Assembly: GCA_052246995.1 (NCBI GenBank)
Contig: JBQPWD010000003.1
Span: 32,001 to 96,000, forward strand
Length of the DNA stretch: 64,000 bases
From: Candidatus Bathyarchaeota archaeon
GTDB taxonomy: Archaea; Thermoproteota; Bathyarchaeia; Hecatellales; Hecatellaceae
Direction of reading: 5' to 3'
Shown: positions 11,490 to 21,188 of the stretch, piece by piece
How positions within the stretch are numbered: position 1 is the first letter of the stretch
How the letters are laid out: each line of letters starts with the position of its first letter
Position numbers and translations under genes: made by a program
The notes under the pieces: model-generated
What the model was told of the DNA's origin: nothing
The model's input: the letters and a program-made list of their open reading frames with translations, nothing else
The model's database searches: none

Positions 11490-12469
11490 TTAACCTGTAT
11501 ACCCACATACCGCTGGGCATAGTGGGTCAGGTTTGTTAAACTCTCCATATTTTGAGTATGCTCGGGCGTAGCATCCGCCAAGACATTTAAATTTTGCTGG
11601 GCATGTTGTGCATGGTTCTTCCAGTTTTGGGTTTAAAATTTGCTTAACAAGTTTATTGTTTTCCTGTTCAGTCCATACCTCCATTAAACTTTTGCCTTTA
11701 ATATCTGCTAAAACTACATCTAAAACATCGCAAAGAAGAATACCTCCATCAACACCAATATCCATTACACCTATCTCCCTGCAGATGTTAACGTAGATGT
11801 TATGAGAATTTACAAATCTTTCAGCAAAGGCATACACCAAAGGTCAACTGTAAAGTCAAGTTTGTTACAAGTCTCATTAAGAAGACTTAAAAACTTTAAA
11901 ATTTCATCTCTATCTAAAACATCAGACCATCCTGCTTTACCAAAAGGCATAACAGGTATAAAGCAGTGGTAGCTTGCACCAGTCTTAACAGAAAAATCTA
12001 GGATAGAATTAACTTCAAGGTAGTTTTCCTTGTTTAAAGCTGTAACTGTTGCAAACTTAACATTAAACCTTCTAAAAAGGTTGATAGCATTCTCCACAAA
12101 CCTCCAAGAGCCGTTTCCCCTAATATTTTCATGAAAACTTTTTAACCCGTCAATGCTAAGGTAAGCTAGAACATCATTTTTAGCCAAGATCTTAGCAACT
12201 TCCTCGTTTACCGTTGAACCATTGGTTACAAGCGTTACGTAAATATTACTTTTTCTAGCTTCCTCTATAAGGCTGAAAATGTCTTTTCTTAAAAGTGGCT
12301 CTCCACCTGTAAAGCTTATATGGTCAACCTCTAGCTTCCCAGCCTCCCTAACGATTCTTAAACATTCAGCAGTATCAAGCTCGTTTAATCCTCTAAACCT
12401 TGAAGCATAACAGTATCTACAATTAAAGTTACATTTACCAGTAACAAGCCAGATAATAGAGTTTAACAT
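11490..12469 (-). pseudogene. Radical SAM/SPASM protein (NirJ/AhbC-D/PqqE-like) split by a 1-nt frameshift near 11826-11828 (may be a sequencing error)
   Basis: CNFNCRYC, TGGEPLL, TNG and SIDG are in ORF 11810-12469; SPASM CxxCx5CxGGC…DPLC is in overlapping ORF 11490-11840. One extra T restores W-C-M-P-F-A-E-R. Confidence 0.8.
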
Positions 12470-12623
12470 TAAACCTTAGCAAACCCTCCAAGAAACAAGC
12501 TTGGTCAAGTAAACCCAGCCTGTAAGGGTAAAAAGGCTAGGAATGTTAAGTAAACAACAACTTATATAAATTTTTTTTATCTTTAAAATTTAAAAAAGTT
12601 GTTGGGTTAATGTGCATAATCTG

Positions 12624-13352
12624 TTAAGAAGCTTCAGTTTTAATTCCTAGGTATAGTTTACCTATTTCTTTATCCTCCAAGATTTCTTTTGACAGGCCTT
12701 CCTTTACACATTTACCGTCAACTAAAACATATCCTCTATCAGCAATCATAAGACTTTTTCTTGCATTTTGCTCAGCCATTACTACGGGTATACCTTGAGC
12801 ACAGATATCCTTAACGTAGGATAAAACTTGATTTGCAGTTTTAGGTGAAAGTGATGCTGTGGGTTCATCAAGAAGTACCAGTTTTGGTTTAAAAACCATC
12901 ACCCTAGCTAAAGCCAGTATTTGTCTTTCTCCGCCACTAAGCGTGCTTGCTTTCTCCCTTCTACGCAACTTTAAAATTGGAAACATTTCAAAAATTTCTT
13001 CAACACTCATTTTAACCCTAGCTTTATCTTTTTGAATGTACCCTCCTACTTCAATGTTTTCTTCAACTGTAAGATTTGTAAAAACATTGTTTATCTGGGG
13101 AACATAACCTATCCCCATTCTTACGGCGGCATCAGCTTTAATCCCAGTAATTTCAGAATCATTATAGAAAATTTTTCCATCAAAAATCTTTGAAAAACCA
13201 ACAACGCTTTTAATAAGCGTGGACTTTCCACTACCGTTGGGTCCAATGATAACTATAACCTCATTTTTTTCAACAGTAAGGGATACTCCTTGAACAACTA
13301 TAAGCTTTCCGTATCCTGCATAAACATTTTGAACTTTAAGAAGTTTACTCAT
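12624..13352 (-). CDS. livF: Branched-chain amino acid ABC transporter ATP-binding protein
   Basis: GPNGSGKST, LSGGERQ, LDEPT, EQNA. Confidence 0.93.
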   Translation of the reverse strand: MSKLLKVQNVYAGYGKLIVVQGVSLTVEKNEVIVIIGPNGSGKSTLIKSVVGFSKIFDGKIFYNDSEITGIKADAAVRMGIGYVPQINNVFTNLTVEENIEVGGYIQKDKARVKMSVEEIFEMFPILKLRRREKASTLSGGERQILALARVMVFKPKLVLLDEPTASLSPKTANQVLSYVKDICAQGIPVVMAEQNARKSLMIADRGYVLVDGKCVKEGLSKEILEDKEIGKLYLGIKTEAS

Positions 13353-13399
13353 AAAAATTTCCCCAAATGTTTTCCAGAATAAATTCGGAAGTAGCTGAC

Positions 13400-14170
13400 T
13401 TAAGCCTCACCAAGGTAGACATCTACAACTTTTTTATCATTTACAACATCATCAGGTTTACCTTGAGAAATAATTGAGCCGTTATTCATAACATAAATCC
13501 AGTCTGCATGCTCTAATAAAATTTCAACTCTATGTTCAATAGTAAAGAATGTTAGAAGAAACTCATCTCTAAGTTGAACAATTTTTTCAAAAATGCTTTT
13601 AGCAAGTGTAGGATTAACACCTGCAGCAGGTTCATCTAGTAGAAGCATTTTAGGTTCAGTCATCAAGGCTCTGCCAAGCTCAAGAAGCTTCATCTGACCC
13701 CCTGAAATTTCACCTGCAAGAGTATCCCTTAAATCATCAAGCTCAAGAAGCCTAAGAATTTCTAAAGCTTTTTCTGCAAGCTTCTCTTCCTCATCACTCC
13801 ATTTTCTCCTTTTTAGGAGTGTTCCAAGTAGAGTTTCGCCACTGTTACCTCTTGCTGCAATAATCATGTTTTCTAGAACTGTTAACTTGTGGAAGAGTCT
13901 TGGAATCTGGAAGGTTCTAACAAGACCTTCATGGTAAATTTTATGTGGACTTAAACCATCAATCCTTTTACCGTTAAAATGTACTTTTCCAGCTGTCGGC
14001 CTGTAGACACCTGAAATAACATTAAAAAGGGTTGTTTTACCTGAACCATTTGGGCCTATAAGCCCTGTAATAGTGTTATCCTTTACAGTTAAGGTTACGT
14101 TGTTAACTGCTTTAAGTCCGCCAAATGCTTTTGTGAGGTTTTCAGTTTTTAGGATTACTGCTTTCTCCAT
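13400..14170 (-). CDS. livG: Branched-chain amino acid ABC transporter ATP-binding protein
   Basis: KAFGGLKAV, GPNGSGKTT, RTFQ, LDEPAAG, VYLG. Confidence 0.93.
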   Translation of the reverse strand: MEKAVILKTENLTKAFGGLKAVNNVTLTVKDNTITGLIGPNGSGKTTLFNVISGVYRPTAGKVHFNGKRIDGLSPHKIYHEGLVRTFQIPRLFHKLTVLENMIIAARGNSGETLLGTLLKRRKWSDEEEKLAEKALEILRLLELDDLRDTLAGEISGGQMKLLELGRALMTEPKMLLLDEPAAGVNPTLAKSIFEKIVQLRDEFLLTFFTIEHRVEILLEHADWIYVMNNGSIISQGKPDDVVNDKKVVDVYLGEA

Positions 14171-15084
14171 TTTTTTGAAACCTCTATAGCAGGTGTTTTA
14201 ATCTTGCTCTCCTTAAGTAAGCCTTCAGGCTTATACATTAATATAAGGATTATTAAAGCACCTATCAACATTATCCTAAGGTTATGAGGGTCAACTGGAA
14301 GTAAAATGTAATCTTTAACTATTCTTGCACCTCTTTCCAGTCCTGTGACAACAGTAGCACCTAAAATAGCTCCAAGATTGTTTGCTGGTCCGCCTAGGAT
14401 AACCATCATCCATACTGAGAATGTAAGAAACGGCTCAAAAGTATACGGGTCAATAAACCTTACATACTGAGCGAAAAGGCTTCCCGCAACTCCTGTCATA
14501 GCCGAACTTAAACTAAAAAGTTGAGCTTTGTATTTAAAAGTATTTTTACCTAAAACTTGGACTGCAAGTTCATCTTCCCTCACAGCTTTTAACGTTCTGC
14601 CGTAGGGAGAGTTAACTATAAGCTGCGCTAAAAGGTAGCATAAGGCCAGGGAAAAGTAGACTATCCCAATATGGGTAAGCATTGAAACTCTGATGGAAAG
14701 GCCGGCTATTTGAATCGCCGGGGGAACAGTTATGCCTTGAACACCACCCGCAATCCAACTCTCATTCTTAAAAAGAAACCTTAAAATTTCGCCAAAAGCT
14801 AAAGTTACAATTGCAAGGTAATCTGCTCTTAACCTTAAAGCTGGAATGGAAACAAGTAAACCAGCTAAACCGGCTGCTACTGCTGCAACTAGGACACATA
14901 TAATGTAGGTGTAACCGAAGTTTGCAAGAATAGCTGTCAAGTATGCTCCAATCATAAAAAATGCAACCTTACCAAAGTTTGCAAGACCAGTAAAGCCGTA
15001 TTCAAGGTTTAGGCTTAAGGATACAATGGAGTATATGCCTACAAAGACAACCATGTCTAGTATGTAAATTAAAGGGTCAGCCAG
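14155..15084 (-). CDS. livM: Branched-chain amino acid ABC transporter permease (start uncertain: CTG 15084, GTG 15093 or ATG 15054)
   Basis: SLNLEYGFTGLANFG, RLRADYLAIVTLAFGE, SPYGRTLKAVRED. Confidence 0.9.
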   Translation of the reverse strand: MADPLIYILDMVVFVGIYSIVSLSLNLEYGFTGLANFGKVAFFMIGAYLTAILANFGYTYIICVLVAAVAAGLAGLLVSIPALRLRADYLAIVTLAFGEILRFLFKNESWIAGGVQGITVPPAIQIAGLSIRVSMLTHIGIVYFSLALCYLLAQLIVNSPYGRTLKAVREDELAVQVLGKNTFKYKAQLFSLSSAMTGVAGSLFAQYVRFIDPYTFEPFLTFSVWMMVILGGPANNLGAILGATVVTGLERGARIVKDYILLPVDPHNLRIMLIGALIILILMYKPEGLLKESKIKTPAIEVSKKWRKQ

Positions 15085-15979
15085 CTTTTTCACCTCCCCC
15101 AAAAAGCCCCCCAAAACCAGTTGGTTTAAGAATTAAAGTTAAAATTAAAACAATAAAGGCTATGGCAAACCTGTAGTCTGTTGAAAGGCCAAGTATTGAG
15201 AGGAGAACAACCCCTAAATTTTCAGCTAAACCTAAGATAAGACATGCAGCTATTACACCATAAAAACTTCCAATCCCACCTAGGATGACAGCTGCAAATG
15301 CTGGGAGAAGAATTTCCCATCCTATAATTGGTACAACTCTTGTATCCGCAGCTCTAAAAAGCCCTCCAACCCCAGCTAAGGCGGCACCAATGATCCATAC
15401 TATCGTAGAAATTTTATCAATGTTTATTCCTGAAGCCATTGCAAGCTCAGGATTGTTTGCTGAAGCTCTAATAGCTTTACCGACCATTGTTCTTGTTAGA
15501 AAGATATGCATAGTTATGGCGGCAATAATGGCTACTGTAATCATTAGAAGCCAAAGTGTTGTAACCCTTAAAGAACCTACATCAAAAAAGCTCCATACAA
15601 CCTTAAATGTTAAGGGAGAGCCTCCCCAAATTTGCTGGATTAGATGCCTAGTAAAGAAGCCTAAGCCTATTGATGCAACCATTAAGTGTATTGTTGTTGC
15701 ACCGCGGTTTGAGAGAGGTTTAAAAACAACCTTGTAGGACAGAAAACCTAGAAAAGCTGAAGCTATAAAAGCTGAAAAAATTGCAGTATGGAATCCTAGG
15801 TTAAGCTGTTCAGCTACAAGGTAGCCTGCATATGCACCTAAAGCCATAAATTCTGCATGAGCAAAATTTGGAAATCTTGAAAGACCATAAGTTAGGGTTA
15901 ACCCTACAGCTGCAAGTAGGTAAATGCTTCCAGTAACTGCTGAGTTGAACAGAACCTGAAACCAGTTAACCATAACCAT
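15077..15979 (-). CDS. livH: Branched-chain amino acid ABC transporter permease
   Basis: AVGLTLTYG…NFAHAE, GKAIRA, AVILGGIGS. Confidence 0.92.
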   Translation of the reverse strand: MVMVNWFQVLFNSAVTGSIYLLAAVGLTLTYGLSRFPNFAHAEFMALGAYAGYLVAEQLNLGFHTAIFSAFIASAFLGFLSYKVVFKPLSNRGATTIHLMVASIGLGFFTRHLIQQIWGGSPLTFKVVWSFFDVGSLRVTTLWLLMITVAIIAAITMHIFLTRTMVGKAIRASANNPELAMASGINIDKISTIVWIIGAALAGVGGLFRAADTRVVPIIGWEILLPAFAAVILGGIGSFYGVIAACLILGLAENLGVVLLSILGLSTDYRFAIAFIVLILTLILKPTGFGGLFGGGEKAG

Positions 15980-16171
15980 AAATCACAAAAGGATGGTTTA
16001 TGTTAAATTTTTTTCGGGTAGACGGTTTTTCTGTCGACTTTAGATGGTTAAATAAGCTTAAAATGTTTTCCTAACAATTATGGTTATTTATGTTAGATTT
16101 GTTATTACTATTTACGGCAATAAGTTTTAAATTCTTCATATGTAGGAATTATTATAATAAGAGGTGAAAAC

Positions 16172-16780
16172 TTGGCTCACCAACCAGAAGTTGCACCCTT
16201 CGCATCTCCAGCTGTAGCTGCTCTTGGGGCTGTTACAATGGCTTCCTTCTGCTTTTTTGCACTTTTAACGGGACTTGTTGAACAGGCAGGATCATACATT
16301 TACCTTTCAGCTTTATGCATCATTGCTGGGGCTGTGCAAATGATTGCTGGGGTTATAGATTTGAGAAATAAAGACATCGTTAATGGTGGGGCAATGCTTC
16401 TCTTTGGTGGATGTTTTATTCTCGTTGCGGGAGTGAATGCTGCTTTAACTGTTTGGGGAGAAACTGCGGGTGTACATGCAACTTATCCTATGATGGGGTG
16501 GGGGGTTTTAGCTGGTGGACTTTGTCTTATAATGATAACCCCTGCATACTTTTACCGTAGCTCTATACTATCAATATTTATGATAGACGCAGATTTAGCG
16601 TTACTCGCGTTAGGTATAGGTTTTATAGCAGGCAATCTTCTCTTTGTGTTTATTGGGGGCGTTTTACTTCTTATACTTGCCCTTATAGGATTATATCTGA
16701 TTCTTGCTACATGTGTAAATGTAGCTTCTGGAAGAATGGTTTTACCGTTTGGAAATCCAATTCTTAAGCCAAAAACTTAA
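16172..16780 (+). CDS. AceTr (GPR1/FUN34/YaaH, SatP-like) acetate/monocarboxylate channel
   Basis: About 6 hydrophobic segments, degenerate N-terminal signature (ASPAVAAL), GAVQMIAG, C-terminal LPFGNP. GAGGTGA SD precedes the TTG start. Confidence 0.8.
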   Translation: MAHQPEVAPFASPAVAALGAVTMASFCFFALLTGLVEQAGSYIYLSALCIIAGAVQMIAGVIDLRNKDIVNGGAMLLFGGCFILVAGVNAALTVWGETAGVHATYPMMGWGVLAGGLCLIMITPAYFYRSSILSIFMIDADLALLALGIGFIAGNLLFVFIGGVLLLILALIGLYLILATCVNVASGRMVLPFGNPILKPKT

Positions 16781-16784
16781 TCTA

Positions 16785-16813
16785 CTTTTTTTTAAAAAAA
16801 AATTAATTTTTTT
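16785..16813. terminator. Probable bidirectional oligo-T terminator between convergent genes
   Basis: Long T run directly followed by a long A run (then another T run) between the stop codons of the two convergent CDSs. Confidence 0.5.
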
Positions 16814-16817
16814 ATGT

Positions 16818-18047
16818 TTATGGCCAAGTGCCTATGCCTACAAGCTTGTATTTCCCATCTACCTTGACAACTTTCCATATCTCGTAGTACTGGAATAGCT
16901 GGTCACCATTTTTATCAAACATTTTATGGCCTGATGCTCCAATGTAGAATTGGCTTACGTAGGGTAATGTCTCCTTAATTTTGGCTCCATCATATTCTCC
17001 AGCGTAAGCTATGGCTAAAGCTGCAAGCATTGTTGCATCGTAAGCTGTGTCAGCATACATTGGCGGTGCCTCTCCAAACTTCTTCTTAAACTTTTCAGCA
17101 AAGATTTCGTAATTCATAAGCCCTGTTGGAGCTATAGGCCTGGTTCCAATAACAGCTCTACTCATAAACTCAGCTGACTCTGGGACTTCAAACATAGGTT
17201 CGCCATAAATACCTTCAGCGGCAACCCATTGAATTTTGTCTAACCCCATTTCTAAAGCCTGTTTAAACATTACCCTACCATCTTCATAGTATCCCACGTA
17301 TAAAACACAGTCCGCACCTGAATCTTTAATTCTGGAAAGTTCTGTTCTAAAGTCCATTTTAGCTGGGTCGTATCTTAATGATAGGATAATTTTGTTTCCA
17401 AGAACCTCTTTAGCTTTCTCCTCAACTCCAATACCGTAAGGGTTGTTTAAAACCAAAGTTGCAACTTTTGTGAACCCTTTATCGCGAACTATTTCAGCTA
17501 AGGCTTTACCTTGTAAAGTATCACTACCAACAGTTCTAAAGACGTAATCAGCTGGGAATCTTGTAGTTATTTCAGGGGATGTTCCAGAAGGTGAAATTAC
17601 AACAACATGTCTTTCATTTGCATATTCTCCAATAGCCATAACTTCACCACTAGCCATAGGTCCGATAACAACCTTTACACCGTCAACCTCAACAAGCTTT
17701 TTAAACGCCTCCAAGGCAACTTTAGGATCTGTTGCTGTATCCTCAACTATAAGTTTAACAGGTCTACCTCCAATCCCACCGTTGGCGTTAATTTCATCAA
17801 CAGCTAACTCAACACCTTTAACTATGTTTACACCCATTGGGCCTAAAAACCCGCTAAGACACATCAACGAGCCTATCTTAATCTCGTCAGGAAGTGTAGG
17901 TCCTTTAGGTTTTGCCGCCGTGTACCCAGCGCTATAGCCTACTGATTGACCAGCGTAGAAACCTGCAACCCCCACAATAACCGCAATAACAATTATTGCG
18001 ATAAGGAGGATTGCTGATACTCCCTTACTTGCCTGTAAACTTGCCAT
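16818..18047 (-). CDS. livK: Branched-chain amino acid ABC transporter substrate-binding protein
   Basis: IKIG…LSG, AVDEINANGGIGGRPV, VIGPMASG, YVFRTVGSD, YDA; N-terminal membrane anchor. Confidence 0.92.
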   Translation of the reverse strand: MASLQASKGVSAILLIAIIVIAVIVGVAGFYAGQSVGYSAGYTAAKPKGPTLPDEIKIGSLMCLSGFLGPMGVNIVKGVELAVDEINANGGIGGRPVKLIVEDTATDPKVALEAFKKLVEVDGVKVVIGPMASGEVMAIGEYANERHVVVISPSGTSPEITTRFPADYVFRTVGSDTLQGKALAEIVRDKGFTKVATLVLNNPYGIGVEEKAKEVLGNKIILSLRYDPAKMDFRTELSRIKDSGADCVLYVGYYEDGRVMFKQALEMGLDKIQWVAAEGIYGEPMFEVPESAEFMSRAVIGTRPIAPTGLMNYEIFAEKFKKKFGEAPPMYADTAYDATMLAALAIAYAGEYDGAKIKETLPYVSQFYIGASGHKMFDKNGDQLFQYYEIWKVVKVDGKYKLVGIGTWP

Positions 18048-18189
18048 GTTTTACACCTCAAAGCTGAATAACTGACTAATCAATTTTTAAACAATTAAGG
18101 GTATATTAAATTACCGATAACAATAAAAACTTACTTTACCATTCTTGTAAAAATTTTATGTTTTAAGTTAAAAAGCTGGAATTAAAGTA

Positions 18190-18489
18190 TTAGGTTTTTT
18201 GGCTTTTAGCCTTTTCCTCAAGTTTTTTCCATTTATCTGTTAATCTAAAGTATTTTTCGTTTCCTCTGTGAGTTTTCTCAACTAAACCTCTTATTTCAAG
18301 CAGTGAAAGGTGAAGCTGTGTAACTATTTCTTCTAAGCCGTTAGAACTTTTCTCCAACTCGCTATGGAGATCTTTAAGCGATTTTTCACCACTTTTAAGG
18401 TTTTCTATGATTAACCTTGTTGGAACACAGCTACAAACCTGCATGTGAAGTTTAGTATCAACCTCTTCCACTGTAACCTGCACCCCCAA
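18190..18489 (-). CDS. ArsR-like winged helix transcriptional regulator
   Basis: PTRLIIENLKSGEKS…HLSLLEIRGLVEK…KYFRLT wHTH pattern. Confidence 0.7.
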   Translation of the reverse strand: MGVQVTVEEVDTKLHMQVCSCVPTRLIIENLKSGEKSLKDLHSELEKSSNGLEEIVTQLHLSLLEIRGLVEKTHRGNEKYFRLTDKWKKLEEKAKSQKT

Positions 18490-18621
18490 ATAGTCTAATT
18501 CTAAATCATACCTACTAAGCAGTAATACAATACTTAAACGTTTTTTATAAGAAGTTTCTAGGACAGAAAAAGCAAGTCATAGGGGAAGCTTGCGGTTGGT
18601 GTAGTCCACGAGTAAGCTTAG

Positions 18622-19185
18622 TTAAATTTTTCTATCAAAGTATATGTTTTTTCCTTTGGCCGATACTGGTATTCCTAGTATTATGGTTGCTTCAGGTAGA
18701 AGTTTAAGCTTTTTTGCCGCAACTCCTATCCTGTACATCACTCTGTTATCTAGGTTGTGAATGCTTGCAGTTTTAACAGCTGAACCTACAGCTATCCCTA
18801 AATCTAAAACTTTAAACATGCAGTTTGGTCCCTCAACATCAGCTTCACTTGTCCTTTCCACAACCTTCTTAAATTCTTCGCAGGATGGGTATCCACAACC
18901 ACCACAATTGGCGCCATAAGCATTTTTTCCCCTTACTCCCACGAGAAGAATGGTATCTGAATCTTGAACATTTTTAGCATCCCTACCCCATGTTGCAGAT
19001 TTTTTCTCTTCTCCAGTCTTCTCCATCAATTTAGCTATAGAATTTTTTTCCTCACCAGTTACAAGAGAAATAAGAATATCATCAACTCCCCCGCTTTTTG
19101 GTGCTGTTCTAGCTGAAATAGCCATTAACTTTGAAGCTTCTACTACTATCCTTTTTTCAAAATCTTCTCCACTTTCAATAGGCAA
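18622..19185 (-). CDS. DUF2148 ferredoxin-domain-containing protein
   Basis: SARTAPKSGG, NCGGCGYPSC, DLGIAVGSA, DNRVMYRIG, KNIYFDR. Confidence 0.88.
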   Translation of the reverse strand: MPIESGEDFEKRIVVEASKLMAISARTAPKSGGVDDILISLVTGEEKNSIAKLMEKTGEEKKSATWGRDAKNVQDSDTILLVGVRGKNAYGANCGGCGYPSCEEFKKVVERTSEADVEGPNCMFKVLDLGIAVGSAVKTASIHNLDNRVMYRIGVAAKKLKLLPEATIILGIPVSAKGKNIYFDRKI

Positions 19186-19315
19186 GGTTTCTAACCTCTT
19201 TCACTTAAACCTTTAACTTAATAATAAAAACATTTATTTTATTACTTTTTTTACTATAGTGAAAACCTAGTGAAAACTTTTACATTAAAATGTAGGCGAG
19301 GTTGCAAGCTGTTAA

Positions 19316-20488
19316 ATGCAAATGTTGCCAAATGTTAACGTTGCAACAGGCTTTTACACTAACTGGGACTCGTTTATCCATGTTAACGACGAAGTTTTAA
19401 ACTGGGTTAAAAGTTACGCTAAAGCTCTACCCAACCCTGAAAGAGTTTTCCTTGAAACTCTTGAGGAAGTTGCATACACCTTAACCGAGGCTTTTAAGGT
19501 TGGTGGAAGAGAATTTCTAATATCTGAAAATGTTTACAAAAAACTTAGCCAACTCTTTAGTTTTAAGGAGAAAAGACTTGGTGGAAATGGATTTAACATG
19601 GGGAGAGCATTGTACGAGCTTGGGTTAACACCTTTAATTTCCTATCCTATCCGCCCACCAAGTATTATGCTTAATTCTCCGGATGTTAAAGTTGCATGTA
19701 AAGATGGGTTTAAAACCCCAAAACAGGCTATAAGGTATTGGGATCCGGAATATGACCACCTAATTTTTGAGTTTAACCAAGATATCCTTAAAGGTATTAA
19801 CACCTCAGGTAGACATATTTTTTCATGGGACCTTATGTCTTTTCATGGATTTTTTGATGAAGAATTTTTTTTATACGGTTTTAACAAAAAATATGCTGAA
19901 GTGCTTATTTTTGCTTACGCACATCTCCTTCTACCAGCCTATAAAAAGAAAACTAATGAAATTGCTGATTGGTTAGAGGAAGCCAACAGACCTAAAGTTC
20001 ACTTTGAACTTGGACAAGGCTCTAAAGAATCTGTGAAGTACGCCTTAAAGGTTTTTACGGATAAGCAATGCGTTGATTCTATAGGGTTAAATGAAAAGGA
20101 ATGTGTCCAGTATTTTAATGCTAAAGATGAAAGCTTTAAAGAGTTGTTTTACACGGTGGTTGAAACTATTAAAAAGCTTGGGATTAGCAGAATATGCGTA
20201 CATACATCAAGTTTTGCATTTTCAGTTTCAAAGTTTTCTGTGGAGCGTGAAATAGAAGCTTTAAGCAAAGCCAACCTTACAGCGGCAGCTTTAACAATGG
20301 GTAGCATAAGAGGCAACATTAACAACGCTAGGAATCTTCCATCTTCAAATGTTAAAGTTAAGAAGGGTAAAGTTGAAGAAAGCTACAACTACTGTGTCAT
20401 CCCGGTTTACATTAACCCCAACGCTAGGATACTTACAGGACTTGGTGATGCTTTTTCAGCTGTTCAAGCTGTAGTTTCATTAGCTTAA
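19316..20488 (+). CDS. ADP-dependent glucokinase/phosphofructokinase family
   Basis: RLGGN, HFELG, SIGLNEKE, VHT and C-terminal TGLGDAFSA anion-hole motif. Confidence 0.82.
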   Translation: MQMLPNVNVATGFYTNWDSFIHVNDEVLNWVKSYAKALPNPERVFLETLEEVAYTLTEAFKVGGREFLISENVYKKLSQLFSFKEKRLGGNGFNMGRALYELGLTPLISYPIRPPSIMLNSPDVKVACKDGFKTPKQAIRYWDPEYDHLIFEFNQDILKGINTSGRHIFSWDLMSFHGFFDEEFFLYGFNKKYAEVLIFAYAHLLLPAYKKKTNEIADWLEEANRPKVHFELGQGSKESVKYALKVFTDKQCVDSIGLNEKECVQYFNAKDESFKELFYTVVETIKKLGISRICVHTSSFAFSVSKFSVEREIEALSKANLTAAALTMGSIRGNINNARNLPSSNVKVKKGKVEESYNYCVIPVYINPNARILTGLGDAFSAVQAVVSLA

Positions 20489-20630
20489 ATTTCCTAAAAA
20501 GAGGTTTAAGGTTGGGAAATTAATTGTTAGCTGAATATAACTAAAGTTTTAGGCTTCATAGTAAGTTCAAGAAGAAATGAAAGAAAAAAGGTTAATTTAA
20601 ATTTTTACTATCTAATTAGCTAAGGTAAGC

Positions 20631-21119
20631 TTGACAGATAACTTAAAATTTATTGTTGACGGTATGCTTGGAAAGGTTGCACGTTGGCTTAGAATTTTTG
20701 GTTACGACTCCAAATATTTTGGTGGTGTTGATGATTTTAAACTTGTTAAGTACGCTAAAAGGTCTGGAAGAGTTTTACTTACAAGCGACCTTGAACTTTA
20801 TAAGTTTGCATTAAAATCTGGTGTTAATGTTTTCTATATTGATGGTGACCTGGCTGAAGCAGATAAGCTTTTAAAGGTTGTTAAGGAGTTTAAGCTAAAA
20901 CTTAGTTTAGAGGTTCCAACTAAAACACGTTGTCCGATATGTAATCATTTGTTAAGAAAGGTAAAACCTAAAAATGTTGAAGGATTAATTCCGGAGAGTA
21001 CATTAAAAACTTATAAGGATTTTTGGGTTTGCAGCAATAAAAAATGTGGAAAAGTTTACTGGAAGGGTAAACATTGGAGGCAGATTAGAAAGATTGTTCA
21101 AAAGATTAAGGAGGGTTAA
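20631..21119 (+). CDS. Mut7-C RNase (PIN-like + Zn ribbon) protein
   Basis: FIVDGMLGKVARWLRIFGYD, LLTSD, RCPICN, CGKVYWKGKHW. Confidence 0.92.
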   Translation: MTDNLKFIVDGMLGKVARWLRIFGYDSKYFGGVDDFKLVKYAKRSGRVLLTSDLELYKFALKSGVNVFYIDGDLAEADKLLKVVKEFKLKLSLEVPTKTRCPICNHLLRKVKPKNVEGLIPESTLKTYKDFWVCSNKKCGKVYWKGKHWRQIRKIVQKIKEG

Positions 21120-21188
21120 AGGTAAAATTTTAGTACATGGGCAACCTCTATATACCCTAAGCTTACTTATTAGGTTAAGGTGTAAACC

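Noticed and set aside
11490-11840. Stand-alone SPASM protein or RiPP system
   Set aside because: Better explained as the frameshifted C-terminus of the radical SAM gene; no precursor peptide ORF was found nearby.
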